From NCBI GenBank assembly GCA_964486685.1, contig CAZAOE010000001.1, positions 12,538-76,537 of the forward strand: a stretch of 64,000 nt of DNA, read 5' to 3'. The position numbers were made by a program, and so were the translations under genes. The notes beneath the pieces are model-generated. The model was not told the DNA's origin and did no database searches. It saw nothing but the letters and a program-made list of their open reading frames with translations. The stretch's first letter is position 1. Each line of letters opens with the position of its first letter. Below, in pieces: positions 26,947 through 38,300 of the stretch. Origin of the DNA: an uncultured Gammaproteobacteria bacterium. Its GTDB lineage: Bacteria; Patescibacteriota; Patescibacteriia; UBA1558; S5-K13.

Positions 26947-27281
26947 AACAGAAGGAAATTTGGTTAGTTCAATATCCCCAAGATTCAGTCGGTCATGAAT
27001 ATCGAAAAGAACGGCCGGCTTTGGTTATTGAATCTGATTCACAAATAAAAAGAACGAAGGTTTTTAGTGTTATTCCCTTGACTTCAAATTTAAATAATAA
27101 AACCAGGGATGATATTTTAGTTAAAACAAATAAGAATAATAATTTATTCCGTGATTCAATTTTAAAAGTTCACCATTTAGAATCCTTTGATCAATTTAGA
27201 TTTATTAAAAAAATAGGCGAGATTAATGATAAGATTTTAGATAAAGTAAAAAATTATTTAAAAATTCATTTTGATTTTTGA
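26943..27281 (+). CDS. MazF/PemK family endoribonuclease toxin (apparent ATA start)
   Basis: The frame upstream of TTG 27021 reads IKQKEIWLVQYPQDSVGHEYRKERPALVI, followed by VIPLTS, DSILK.H and FIKKIG. Confidence 0.85.
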   Translation: MKQKEIWLVQYPQDSVGHEYRKERPALVIESDSQIKRTKVFSVIPLTSNLNNKTRDDILVKTNKNNNLFRDSILKVHHLESFDQFRFIKKIGEINDKILDKVKNYLKIHFDF

Positions 27282-27443
27282 TATATTTATACATAAAAAG
27301 CGGTAATCTTTAAGCTATAAGCCATAAGAAAGATGGTCAATCCTGTTTAACGATGGGATTTTTTGATTTGATTTCTTCCAATATTTATGTTAGAATATGA
27401 GCACTTTTAGTAAAAAAAAGATTATTTTTTAGTATAAAATAGC

Positions 27444-28070
27444 ATGAAAAACAAAGCAGAAAAAGATTTAACAGCAATAGAAACAACTGAGAAAAAAAGC
27501 CATTTTTGGAAATCATCGCTCAGTTTTGTTTTAGAAATTGTTAAAACCGTGATTATATCTTTAGCTATTATTTTACCAATTAGATATTTTATTATTCAGC
27601 CCTTTATGGTAGATGGGGCCTCTATGGAGCCCAATTTTTTTGATAATGAATATTTAATTATTAATGAAATTTCCTATCGTTTCACTGAACCACAAAGAGG
27701 AGATGTAATAGTATTTAAAAATCCAGAAAACGAGACCCAATTTTTTATAAAAAGAGTAATTGCTTTGCCTAAAGAAACTATTAAAATAGAAGAAGGAGAT
27801 ATTTATATTAGAACTCAAGGGGAAGAGAACTTTATTAAAATAAATGAAAGTGATTATTTGCCAGAGATTACAAAAACATTTGGTAATATAAAAGAAATTA
27901 AATTAACAAATGATGAATATTTTGTTTTAGGTGATAATCGTAAGAATAGTAAGGATTCTCGAATCATCGGGCCGATTAAGGAAAATTTAATTATGGGTAA
28001 GGCCTGGATTAGGGGTTTTCCGATAGATAGAATTTCTGTTTTTAAAACAAATTATAATTATGGTTTTTAA
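27444..28070 (+). CDS. lepB: Signal peptidase I
   Basis: V.GASMEPN, RGDVIVF, FIKRVI and LGDNR.NS.DSR. Confidence 0.96.
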   Translation: MKNKAEKDLTAIETTEKKSHFWKSSLSFVLEIVKTVIISLAIILPIRYFIIQPFMVDGASMEPNFFDNEYLIINEISYRFTEPQRGDVIVFKNPENETQFFIKRVIALPKETIKIEEGDIYIRTQGEENFIKINESDYLPEITKTFGNIKEIKLTNDEYFVLGDNRKNSKDSRIIGPIKENLIMGKAWIRGFPIDRISVFKTNYNYGF

Positions 28071-28072
28071 AT

Positions 28073-29458
28073 ATGTCTAAAACTAAATCAAAAGTAAAAA
28101 AAATGAGTTTGCCTAAAGCCAAAGCCAGGACTAAATCAAATAAATCTAAAGCCAAAGCGAATAAAAATAGAAAATATTTTTTAGTAAAGGGTTTTAGGGA
28201 CATTCTTCCTGAAGAGCAAAAATATTGGGATTTTATTCGCGATAAAGTAATTAGTATTGCTCGGGCCTATGGTTTTAAAAGAATAGATTTACCTGTTTTA
28301 GAAGATGCGGGACTTTTTGTAAAAGGAGTGGGTCCAGATACAGATATTGTAAGTAATGAAATGTTTTCTTTTAGTACTTTGGGTAGGGAGAGGGTAAGTT
28401 TAAGACCAGAGGGAACAGCAGGCATTGTTCGGGCTTATATCCAACATGGAATGTTAAACAAACCCAAGCCAGTAAAATTATTTTATATTGGTCCAATGTT
28501 TAGATATGATAAGCCCCAAGCCGGAAGATATAGACAATTCTATCAATTTGGAGCAGAAGTTTTTGGAACAGATGATCCGATTATAGATGCTCAATTGATA
28601 TATATGATTTATCAAATTTATCAGGCCCTTAAGATACCTATTAATATTCAGATTAATAGCATTGGATGTAAAATTTGTCGTAATAGATATGCCAAGGCCT
28701 TAAAAAATTATTTAAAAAAGAATCGTTCTAAATTATGCGCAAATTGTAAGGCCAGATACATTAAAAATACTTTAAGAGTTTTAGATTGTAAGCAAAAAAA
28801 ATGTCAAGAGCTTATTTTAGAGGCCCCGCAAATTGTAGATTATTTATGTGAAGATTGTAATAAACATTTTGTTAAGGTTTTGGAATATTTAGAAGATATT
28901 GAAGTTCCTTATATTTTAAATCCATTTATTGTTCGGGGCTTAGATTATTATAATAGAACTACTTTTGAAATTTTTCCCCAAAACGAAGAAGCTGGTAGTC
29001 AAAGTGCTTTAGCCGGTGGTGGTCGTTATGATAAATTAGTTAAGAATTTAAAGGGGCAAGATACTCCAGCCATAGGATTTTCAATGGGCTTAGAAAGAAC
29101 AATAAATAGTTTGAAAAAAGTTGAGAATTTAAAAATAAAATCTAAGGATAAATGTGATATATTTATTGCTCAATTAGGCGAAAGAGCTAAAAAAAAGGTT
29201 TTGGTTTTATTTGAGAAATTAAGACAAGCTGGTTTTAAAATAGCAGAAAATATTTCTAAAGCAGATTTAAAATCGCAGTTAGAAAGCGCTAATAAATTAA
29301 ATGTTAAATTAGCATTAATTATTGGTCAAAAAGAAATTTTAGACAATACAATTTTAATTAGAGATATGGAAAGCGGAAACCAAGAAGTAGTGCCAGAGGA
29401 TAAGATAAATAAAGTTTTAAAAAGGCGTTTAAAAAGTTTAAATATTAAAAAGAAGTAA
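28073..29458 (+). CDS. hisS: Histidyl-tRNA synthetase
   Basis: KGFRD.LP, LRPEGTAG, FRYDKPQAGRYRQF, RGLDYY and GGGRYD. Confidence 0.98.
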   Translation: MSKTKSKVKKMSLPKAKARTKSNKSKAKANKNRKYFLVKGFRDILPEEQKYWDFIRDKVISIARAYGFKRIDLPVLEDAGLFVKGVGPDTDIVSNEMFSFSTLGRERVSLRPEGTAGIVRAYIQHGMLNKPKPVKLFYIGPMFRYDKPQAGRYRQFYQFGAEVFGTDDPIIDAQLIYMIYQIYQALKIPINIQINSIGCKICRNRYAKALKNYLKKNRSKLCANCKARYIKNTLRVLDCKQKKCQELILEAPQIVDYLCEDCNKHFVKVLEYLEDIEVPYILNPFIVRGLDYYNRTTFEIFPQNEEAGSQSALAGGGRYDKLVKNLKGQDTPAIGFSMGLERTINSLKKVENLKIKSKDKCDIFIAQLGERAKKKVLVLFEKLRQAGFKIAENISKADLKSQLESANKLNVKLALIIGQKEILDNTILIRDMESGNQEVVPEDKINKVLKRRLKSLNIKKK

Positions 29459-29600
29459 GCGATACCAATATAGCGATACCAATATACGAATTTACCCTTG
29501 AACCAGAAATCGGTTCAGGGTGAATACGAATTATACTAATATACCAATCATTAGTATTTAATTAGTATATTAGTATCACAATATTAGTATTATTAGTATA
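29459..29600. repeat. Short tandem-repeat tract (gcgataccaatata x2, tacgaa/actaat units) with an inserted hairpin
   Basis: Hairpin ttacccttgaacc..ggttcagggtgaa at 29492-29524. Confidence 0.6.
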
Positions 29601-29620
29601 GAAAGGAAGGTAAAAATAAA

Positions 29621-29839
29621 GTGGTAGAAGTTAAACAAAAAATTAATGAATCTTTTGAAAAATTAATTAGAAGATTTACTAAAAAAATAATCCAGAGCGG
29701 TAAATTATTGCAGGCCCGAAAGGTTAGATTTCAAAACGAAAGAAAAAATAAAAGAAAATTTAAGTCCGCGGCCATTTATCGTTTAAAAGCCCAAGACCAA
29801 AGAGATTACTTGAAAAAAATTGGCAAAATAGAAGAATAA
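29621..29839 (+). CDS. rpsU: 30S ribosomal protein S21
   Basis: VEVK..NESFEKLIRRF.KK...SG.L..AR..RF. Confidence 0.85.
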   Translation: MVEVKQKINESFEKLIRRFTKKIIQSGKLLQARKVRFQNERKNKRKFKSAAIYRLKAQDQRDYLKKIGKIEE

Positions 29840-29858
29840 GAAATAATTTTGAATTACG

Positions 29859-29935
29859 AATGAAAGGAAATATTATATTAACCCCCACCATCTCCCCCTT
29901 ACTAAGGGGGAGGGAGAGGGGGTGAATTTTAAATT
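29859..29935 (+). repeat. 77-bp intergenic repeat, identical to 9190-9266
   Basis: Base-for-base match, containing a ctcccccttac/taagggggag hairpin. Confidence 0.9.
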
Positions 29936-29956
29936 TAAAATTAATAATTCAAAGAA

Positions 29957-30406
29957 ATGTCTTTAAAAGAGAAAATTGAAAAAGATTGTATTCAGGCCTT
30001 AAAATTAAGAAACCAGGACGAGCTGGGAGTTTTAAGATTGTTAAAAAGTGCTATTCAGAATAAAGAAATAGAAAAAAAAGCAAAATTAAAAGATGAGGAT
30101 ATTATTAAAATTTTAATGTCTGAGATAAAAAAGAGAAAGGATAGCATTGAGCAGTTTAAAAAAGGCGAACGCAATGATTTAGTATCTAAAGAAGAAAAAG
30201 AGATTAAAATCATTGACCAATATTTGCCGGAAATGAAATCTAAGGAAGAGATAAAAAAAATTATTTGTGATATAATAAAAAGAGAGAATATAGAGAGGTC
30301 TGTAAGCAATTTTGGACAACTAATGAAATTGGCTATGCAAGAATTATCTGGTCAGGCCGAAGGAAATTTTGTTTCGCAGATTGTTAAGGAAGAATTGAAT
30401 AAATGA
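29957..30406 (+). CDS. GatB/YqeY domain protein
   Basis: LRLLKSAI.NKEI, IKKRKDSIEQF..G.R.DL..KE..E...YLP. Confidence 0.93.
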   Translation: MSLKEKIEKDCIQALKLRNQDELGVLRLLKSAIQNKEIEKKAKLKDEDIIKILMSEIKKRKDSIEQFKKGERNDLVSKEEKEIKIIDQYLPEMKSKEEIKKIICDIIKRENIERSVSNFGQLMKLAMQELSGQAEGNFVSQIVKEELNK

Positions 30407-30502
30407 GTTGCGAGCTGTAAGTTTCAAGTTTTAGGTCAAAGATTTGGGGGTCAAAAGTCAAAGATTAATTAGTTATTTAAAATTAGACATTATATTATAA
30501 TA

Positions 30503-32188
30503 ATGTTATTAAAAGCAAAAATAAAAAATAGTTTTAACTTTTCTAAAATAACTGTTGTCAGTTTAGTTTTAATGTCAGCGGTTATTTTTTTATTACCCAG
30601 CATTTCTCAAGCCCAAATTTTAGTTCCCCAAGTAGATAATTTAAGTACGGGCAGTATTGAAGAGATAGCTGGGACTGTTATTCAATTGGTTTTGGGCTTA
30701 TTGGGCTTAATTGCTTTAGTTATTGTTTTATATGCCGGTTTTATGTGGATGACTTCTGGAGGAAATGAAGAAAAAATATCTAAGGCCAAAAAAATCTTAA
30801 GTGCTGGAGTAATTGGACTTTTAATTATTTTGGCCTCTTATGCTATCACCAGCTTTATTTTACAAGTAGCTCAAGGAGGAGGTGGCGGTGGTGGTGGACA
30901 CGGAGATTATACGGAAGGATTGGGTGGATTTGGCGGAGGAGCATTAGGCGGAGGGGTAATTGAATATCATTATCCGGCTCGAGATGCTACTAATATTCCG
31001 CGTAATACTTTAATTATGATTAGTTTTAAAGTTAGGGTTGCTACTAGTAGTGTAATAGCAGAATCTTTTACTGATAATCCGGGGCTTGGGCTTTGTAATA
31101 ATTATACAGAAAACAACACTAATGGTAATGAATGTGGAATTTTAAGTAGCGATATAGAGATAATTGATTATGGTTCTGAAAATATTCCCTTGGATCCAGA
31201 AGATGTAGTTGCTGTTTTAACTGCAGATGGAAAAAATATTTTACTTAGGCCCATAGAGTATTTAGGAAACGGAGAAAATTCTACTGATACAATTGTGTAT
31301 TTGGGAGCAGGAATGGTAACTGCTGATGGTAAGGACTTATTTGGCGGTTTAGAAAATGGATATGCTTGGCAATTTGAAGTCAGTACTTTTTTAGATCTTA
31401 CGCCTCCAACTGTTAGTTTTGTCTGGCCAGGGCAAGACCAGATAGTGGCACGTAATGCTATTATTCAAGTTAATTTTTCGGAACCCATAAATATTTTAAG
31501 CGTAGATGGAAATATTATTGTTACAAATTTACCAGATGAAATTTTAGCAGGAGAATTAAAAATTAGTAATCAGTATAAAACAATAGAATTTTTAGCTGCT
31601 GGAGACTGCGGAGGAGCAAGGGTTAATTCCTGCGGTGAAGAAATATTTTGTTTACCAGCTTTGGCAAATATTGAAACTTTAGTTGAAGCCGGAGAAGCCG
31701 ACGATCCTTTAAGTGGAATTAGTGATGCGGCTGGTAATTTATTGGCAGAAGATTATATTTGGGATTTTAATACTACTAATAATGTTTATACTATTTCTCC
31801 AATAATAGAATCTACTGGTCCAGTTAATAATGAAGAAAATGTTCAGCTGAATCCAAATATTTGGGCTTTATTTGATTTAACAGATGTCAATATTTCGCCT
31901 AGTTCTTTAAATACAGATAGTTTTTATATTTATGATGCTGATAGTTGTGTTGATTTAGGTCAAGACGATCCAGATTTAGAAGCTGGGCACAAAGAAAATA
32001 TTGCTGGAGATAATTGTTTCCCAGCTTATTCCGTTTACATGAGCGATGACAATAAGAAGTGTAATATTCAAATATATAATGCCTTAGAAAATAATATTCT
32101 TTATTATCCGCGAATTACTTCTGAAATTAAGGATTCTTATGGAAATTGTTTTAATCCAGCTGAGGGTCCAGGCGGGAGCGAGCGGTAA
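30503..32188 (+). CDS. VirB2/TrbC-like pilin fused to SbsA-type Ig-like (Big_5) domains
   Basis: Signal peptide, LG.LGLIAL...LYAGF.WMTSGGNEEKI.KAKK...GVIGL.IIL.SYAI, Gly linker, then P......PRN..I.I.F repeats. Confidence 0.8.
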   Translation: MLLKAKIKNSFNFSKITVVSLVLMSAVIFLLPSISQAQILVPQVDNLSTGSIEEIAGTVIQLVLGLLGLIALVIVLYAGFMWMTSGGNEEKISKAKKILSAGVIGLLIILASYAITSFILQVAQGGGGGGGGHGDYTEGLGGFGGGALGGGVIEYHYPARDATNIPRNTLIMISFKVRVATSSVIAESFTDNPGLGLCNNYTENNTNGNECGILSSDIEIIDYGSENIPLDPEDVVAVLTADGKNILLRPIEYLGNGENSTDTIVYLGAGMVTADGKDLFGGLENGYAWQFEVSTFLDLTPPTVSFVWPGQDQIVARNAIIQVNFSEPINILSVDGNIIVTNLPDEILAGELKISNQYKTIEFLAAGDCGGARVNSCGEEIFCLPALANIETLVEAGEADDPLSGISDAAGNLLAEDYIWDFNTTNNVYTISPIIESTGPVNNEENVQLNPNIWALFDLTDVNISPSSLNTDSFYIYDADSCVDLGQDDPDLEAGHKENIAGDNCFPAYSVYMSDDNKKCNIQIYNALENNILYYPRITSEIKDSYGNCFNPAEGPGGSER

Positions 32189-32205
32189 TAGTTTAATTGT
32201 TAAAC

Positions 32206-32300
32206 CCCTCACCTTTTGATTAAGAATATATTATTTTATTTTCTAATATTTTTTAAAAATAATAATGCTTAATATAATTTATTTTAGAAAAGGTGATGGG
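32206..32300. mobile_element. 95-bp CCC..GGG MITE-like element
   Basis: ccctcacctttt ... aaaaggtgatggg. Its interior matches the reverse complement of the interior of 60323-60418. Confidence 0.7.
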
Positions 32301-32340
32301 GTAAATTGTTAAAATTAAGAGTAACTTGTAACTAATTATC

Positions 32341-35300
32341 ATGCTTAAGAAAAGAAAAAATTTATTTTTAATCTTTATACTATTTATAGTAATAGGTTTT
32401 GTATTACCAAATATTTCATCTGCTCAAATTTTAGTTCCACAAGTAGATAATCTTAGTACAGGTAGCATTGAAGAGATAGCTGGGACTGTTATTCAATTGG
32501 TTTTGGGCTTATTGGGCTTAATTGCTTTAGTTATTGTTTTATATGCCGGTTTTATGTGGATGACTTCTGGAGGAAATGAAGAAAAAATATCTAAGGCCAA
32601 AAAAATCTTAAGTGCCGGAGTAATTGGTCTGATTATTATTTTGGCCTCTTATGCTATAACCAGCTTTATTTTACAAGCAGCCCAAGGAGGAGGTGGCGGT
32701 GGAGGCGGTGGAGGTCAAGGATGTACTCCTAATGAATGTACGGGTTGTTATCGGTGTGATCTTGATGGTAATTCTCATTATGACGAGACTTGTCCTACCT
32801 GTGGTTCTGGTGGGGAAACATATAATTTTAGTGTAATTACTAATAGTCCTCAAGGAGAAAATATTTCTTTGTGCAGTTTAATTCAAGTTAAATTTAATAA
32901 TATTGTTGATGAAACTACAGTTAATTCTCAAAATTTTGGTTTATATGACTGTGGAGCCAATTCTTGTGCTGGCAATTTAATCAACAATTTAACGCCAGAT
33001 GGACAGTTTATAATAGAAGAAGATATAATTCAGTTTATTTTAGGAGAGGATTATGAGCAGAAGCATTATTATGCAGTTAATATCATACATGATGGGATTG
33101 CAGATGAAGACGGAGAGGCCTTGTTAGTAGATTATTATTGGGAGTTTAAAACTGGGAATGAAACAGATACAGAGCCACCTACTGTTATTTCAGTATTTCC
33201 TAAAGATGATCAAGAAGATGTTTGTTTAACTTCATATATTACCGCCGAATTTTCAGAAGATATGGATATGCTTTCTTTAAGAAATGCCTCGTCCTTTTAT
33301 TTATATGAAGACATTGACACTCTATCAGATATAGATTTTTTTCATCAGGTTTATAATGACTCCTTAATTTTATATCCTAACTCTAACTATGAAGCAGTTG
33401 AAGATTACTTCCCTTTATTAAATGGCAGTATTATTAAAGATACTTGTGGTAATTATTTAGATGGTGATGGTGATGGCACTCATCAAGATTCAGATATTGA
33501 TAATTATCCTTCAGAAGGTCCTAGTGAAGAATGGAATTTTATTACCGGAGATAATTTATATTGTACGCCAGAAATTACTGGAGTTGAAAATAATCAAACC
33601 TATTATGACGCCACAGAGAATTTAATTATTTCTGGTCATTATTTAGGGAATAATCCAGTTTTAATTTTTGATAATTCCATAGTCGTAAACCAAACAAGTA
33701 ATTTATGTATGGGAAATGAATATTGGTATGATGGCGCTTGTGTTATTTGGGCCTGGACAGAAGAAGAAATAAAAGTAGCTATACCAGTGACTGGGGGCGA
33801 TAATAACGGAGTTAGGGCCGGAGAAAATTTAGTGGAAGTGCAAACTGATGAAGGCAATGTTAGCGCTAATTTTGATTTATTAAGTCCGCGTATTAATGCT
33901 TTATATCCAGACCAAGGTGGAGTTGGACAATTTATCAGTATTTGGGGAATAAATTTTAAAGAAGATGAAAACATTAATTTAAGTGCTTCCGAGGTTTATT
34001 TTCGTTTTAATCAAGATGAATACATAGAAGCAGATTTACCTTGTGGCCAAGATGCCTGGGAAGATGAACAAATTATTATTTCTGCTCCTAATAATTTGAA
34101 TATAAATAATGTTTATGCTGTGCAAATTAAAAAAGTTTATGATGACGGTACAGAGCGCTGGAGTAATTTAGCGGATTTTTATTTTAATGATGAAGAAGCT
34201 GGACCAGGTCTATGCTCTATTGATAAGGATGAGCTTTTTTTTGAAGACGAATTTAATTTAAATGGAATTAAATTAGGGGACGATATCTTTTATAATAGAG
34301 AAGTAATTTTAGGCGATGATTATAGTTCCATACAAGCTGATGTCTTAGAGTGGACCGGAAACGATGGTGATGGACACAATACAGATGTTGAGGCCATAAC
34401 TCCCTTAATGGGTTCGGCTACAGGAGTAGGCGTTAGAGTAATGGTAGAGGAAACAGCAGGTGAACAAAGATTTAGTAATTATTTAAATGTAGAGATATTG
34501 GCAGATGAATCAACAAATTTTTATATAAATTATACTTCTCCAACCTCAACTCCAATAGGGGGCTATGTGACGATTTATGGTTCTGGGTTTGGAAATAGCC
34601 AAGATGATAAGATGGTTAAGTTTAATATAGGCGGAGATGATTGGACAGATGGAGATTTTGATTTTCCAGATGAATGTTCTACGGCTTTTTGGAGTGATGA
34701 ACAAGTAATTGTTAAAGTACCGGAAACATTTAATGGTTTTGGGTTTCCATTTTCTTCAAAAATAAAAATTATAGATTCAGCTAATTATTTAGAAACTAAT
34801 GCAGTAAATTTTGAAGTTAATAATGAAGGACTTGCTCCTTGTATTTGTAGTGTAAACCCTGAATTTGGAACAAAAGAAAATGAAATTGAAATTGCTGGTG
34901 AGTATTTTGAAGATCCCGATGATGTAGATAACTTTTACTTTAACACAATTTTTGATAACAGCGGAAATTTTATATCTGGAGATTATGCGGATTTTATTAT
35001 AGATTCAGATGAGTTAATGTTTGTAACAGTAACATCAACGCAAACTGGTTTAATTTCAGCTCGCAATATTAATGGCTATGGCAATACTTGGAATTTTGAA
35101 TATATTGAAGCAGGAGCAGACATAACAGGTGTTTGGGATTTTTATGGCTGGAATTTTACTACTTGTGCAGATTGTGAAAATCCAAGAGTGAGTAGAAAAA
35201 TATGTAATTCTAATAACGGTATATCTTTTCCTTCGCCAGAACCAGGAAGTACAGATGTACCACAAGACACTAAACAGGTTTATGCGGCTTTTGAATATCC

Positions 35301-38300
35301 TAGTAGTATGGCCTTACAGATGGACACCAATACCTTGATTACAAATAATATTAATGTTTATAAATGTGCTAGTGGAGAAAATCCAGGAGATTGTAATGCC
35401 CGTGTTTCAATTGATAATATAACAGCAACTCCTATATTTTTATTGTTTAAAACCGTTAATTCTTTAGAAGCAGATTATTGGTATAAGATAGAATTAAACA
35501 CAGACATTACCGATAATGAGGGCTCTAGTTTAATTCCTAATAATAGTGATAATAATGCTTATGAATGGTATTTTCATATAAATAAAGAGGGCGGGCAATG
35601 TGAACCAGAGCAACTAAGTATTGTTCCTGAAAATTATAGTTTGGCTTATCTGACCCCCAAATCAATTTTATATAAAGGATTTTTAATTGATGATGGTTGC
35701 TATATATGTAATGATAGTGGATATAATTATGTATGGGATAAAGATGATCCAAACGGCTTGGTTAATTTTTCAAGTCGTTCGGGTGTTAGTTCTGAAATCA
35801 GTGTTCATCTAAACCAAAATTATAAAATTGGTGATTTACAAATTAGTGCAACATCAACGGATGCTGGTGGCAACGGACAAGAATTATTTGATAAAACTAA
35901 TTTATATATTACAGCAAATTGTGCTTTATTTAATGATGATTGGTCGTCTTGTATTGATAATAATGCTCATCAGGGCTTTGCTTGTTGTTGGGATGATATT
36001 AGTAGTCAATGTGTGAATGATGGTAGCCCAATTTGTATGCGACCATTTGTAAAAGAAATTGCTTGTCAGCCCACTATCACATTAGGTTCGCCTTCCCCAG
36101 TAGCTAGTAGCACAGATGTAGTTAGTAATGCTTTAATTTATATGGAATTTGCTAAAAGCGGAACCAGCACAGTTGATATGGATTTAAACACATATACTGA
36201 TAATTTAGAAATTTATAATTGTACTGATGTTAATGGCAGTTTTGCTGATGATATTTGCGGAAATAATTTATATAATAATTTAAGTTTTAATTATGATGCC
36301 ATTCAAAGCAGTAATTCAGTAGTTTTATATAATCATAATAATTTTATTTTAAACACTTGGTATAAATTAATTGCTACAGAAAATATTCAAGATAAATATG
36401 GTAGTAGTTTACAACCCAAAGAATGGCATTTTAAAGTTGGGGCTGGTTTATGTGACCCAACTAATTTAGAAGTTTCACCAAGTAATTGGACTTTAGAAAT
36501 TGATGAGTCAAAAAAATATACTACCTATTGTTATGACGAACAATGTAATGTTTGTTTGAATAATTATACTTATGAATGGGAGGTGGCAAATCCTAGTATA
36601 GCAGAGCTTAATCCAGATCCAGGTACTAATTCTAGTGCCACTAGCACAGGAAAGGCAATTGGATTTACGCAGATTACTGCTACAACAACCATTAACGGAG
36701 AAGAAATTTCTGACTTTGGAGATTTAACAGTTACTGCTAGTATTGATAATTGTTCTAATTATGGTAGTATAACTCCTTGTAATAACAGTGGTAGTTGTTG
36801 CTGGGATGGTAGTGATTGTTTAACGGGTGTAGGTAATCCAGCTTGCGATGATGAAGAATCATGTAATGATTATGGTGATGAAACAGCGTGTAATGATAGT
36901 CATGGTAGCGATCATCCAAGTCTTAATTGTTGCTGGGCTTTGGACGGTTATTGTACAAGTAATTTATCGGTCTGTGAAATATTTTATAATTGTTCTCAAT
37001 TTAAAGAAGCACTTGATTGTGAACATAGTATAAATAATTGTTGTTGGGGAGAAGACGGTGAATGTTATGGAGACGGCTCGCCAATGTGTAGTAATTTTAA
37101 AGTAATAGAAAATTATCCAGAAGACGCAAGCACAGAGGTTTGTCCAAATACTTTAATTAGAGCCATATTTAATAAAGTTTTAGACGCTGATAGCTTAGCA
37201 GGAAACGTAAATTTATATGTTGAGGAGGGTGTAGGAAATTGGAGTAGTGTAACAACAACTCTTAATTTGTATAATAATTTTGCTGGGCAAGCAGTTTTAA
37301 AAATAATACCAGAATTTTTATTAGATAAAAATGCTGATTATAAAGTTGAATTAACTGATGGAGCAGACGGAATTAAATCAACTTATGGAAATGTTTTAAA
37401 TTGTAGTAATGGAAAATGTTCTTGGATTTTTGCAACAGCAAATACTGTATGCGAATTAAATTATATAGAAATTATAGATCCAATAGATAAGTATTATTTA
37501 TTTACCCAGCCAAATGAGGACAAAAATTTTATAGCGGAAGGAAGAGATATAAATGGAAATACGATAGTATCAATGGCAGGTTATGACTGGTCTTGGTATT
37601 GGGAATCACTTGATGAAGATTTAGTTGATTTGGGAGGCCCATATTCTGATAATGTTACTGCTACAGCTGAAAATGCTAATGGTAATACCATCGTAAGAGT
37701 AAGCGCCCTACCCATACCATCGGAATTAAGGTGTTCGCAAATTGTTAACCAAATTCAATGTGAAGGCGACTCTTGTTGTTGGTTTAATGGGGCTTGTATG
37801 GCTGATTTTACGGAATGTCAAAATACTTGTTCGGTTTTAACAACAGAAGACGATTGTTTAATTAATGATAATTGTATTTGGCAAGACAATATGTGTCATT
37901 TTGAAAACAAGTGGGATTATGATAATAAAGATGGGTATAAAAGTGGGTTAGTTTATCCGGATGAGGCAGAAGTAGAATTATTTATGTGTGAGAATATATG
38001 GCCGAATGTAGGTTCTTTTGAAGATGACGAATATCATTTTAGATTAAAATATTGTCGGGATGGAGGATTGGGTTATTTAGCAACTACCCAGGCAGAAGGT
38101 TTAATAACTACGAATGGGGACGGAAATGAATTATTAAGAGAATATATTTTTAAATATAATAACCCTGTGGCCTTGGAGCTAGAAGATATGAAAGACGAAA
38201 AAACAATTTTAGCTCAAGTAGGATTTTTAGAATTATTTGATAGTCGTTTGAGTTGGAAATTATTGGGTCGAATGTTTGGCCAGTTTATTGATTTATTTAA

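Noticed and set aside
30610-32710. Duplicated pilin region as a DGR template/variable repeat pair
   Set aside because: Differences are mostly synonymous and not adenine-specific, and there is no reverse transcriptase in the window
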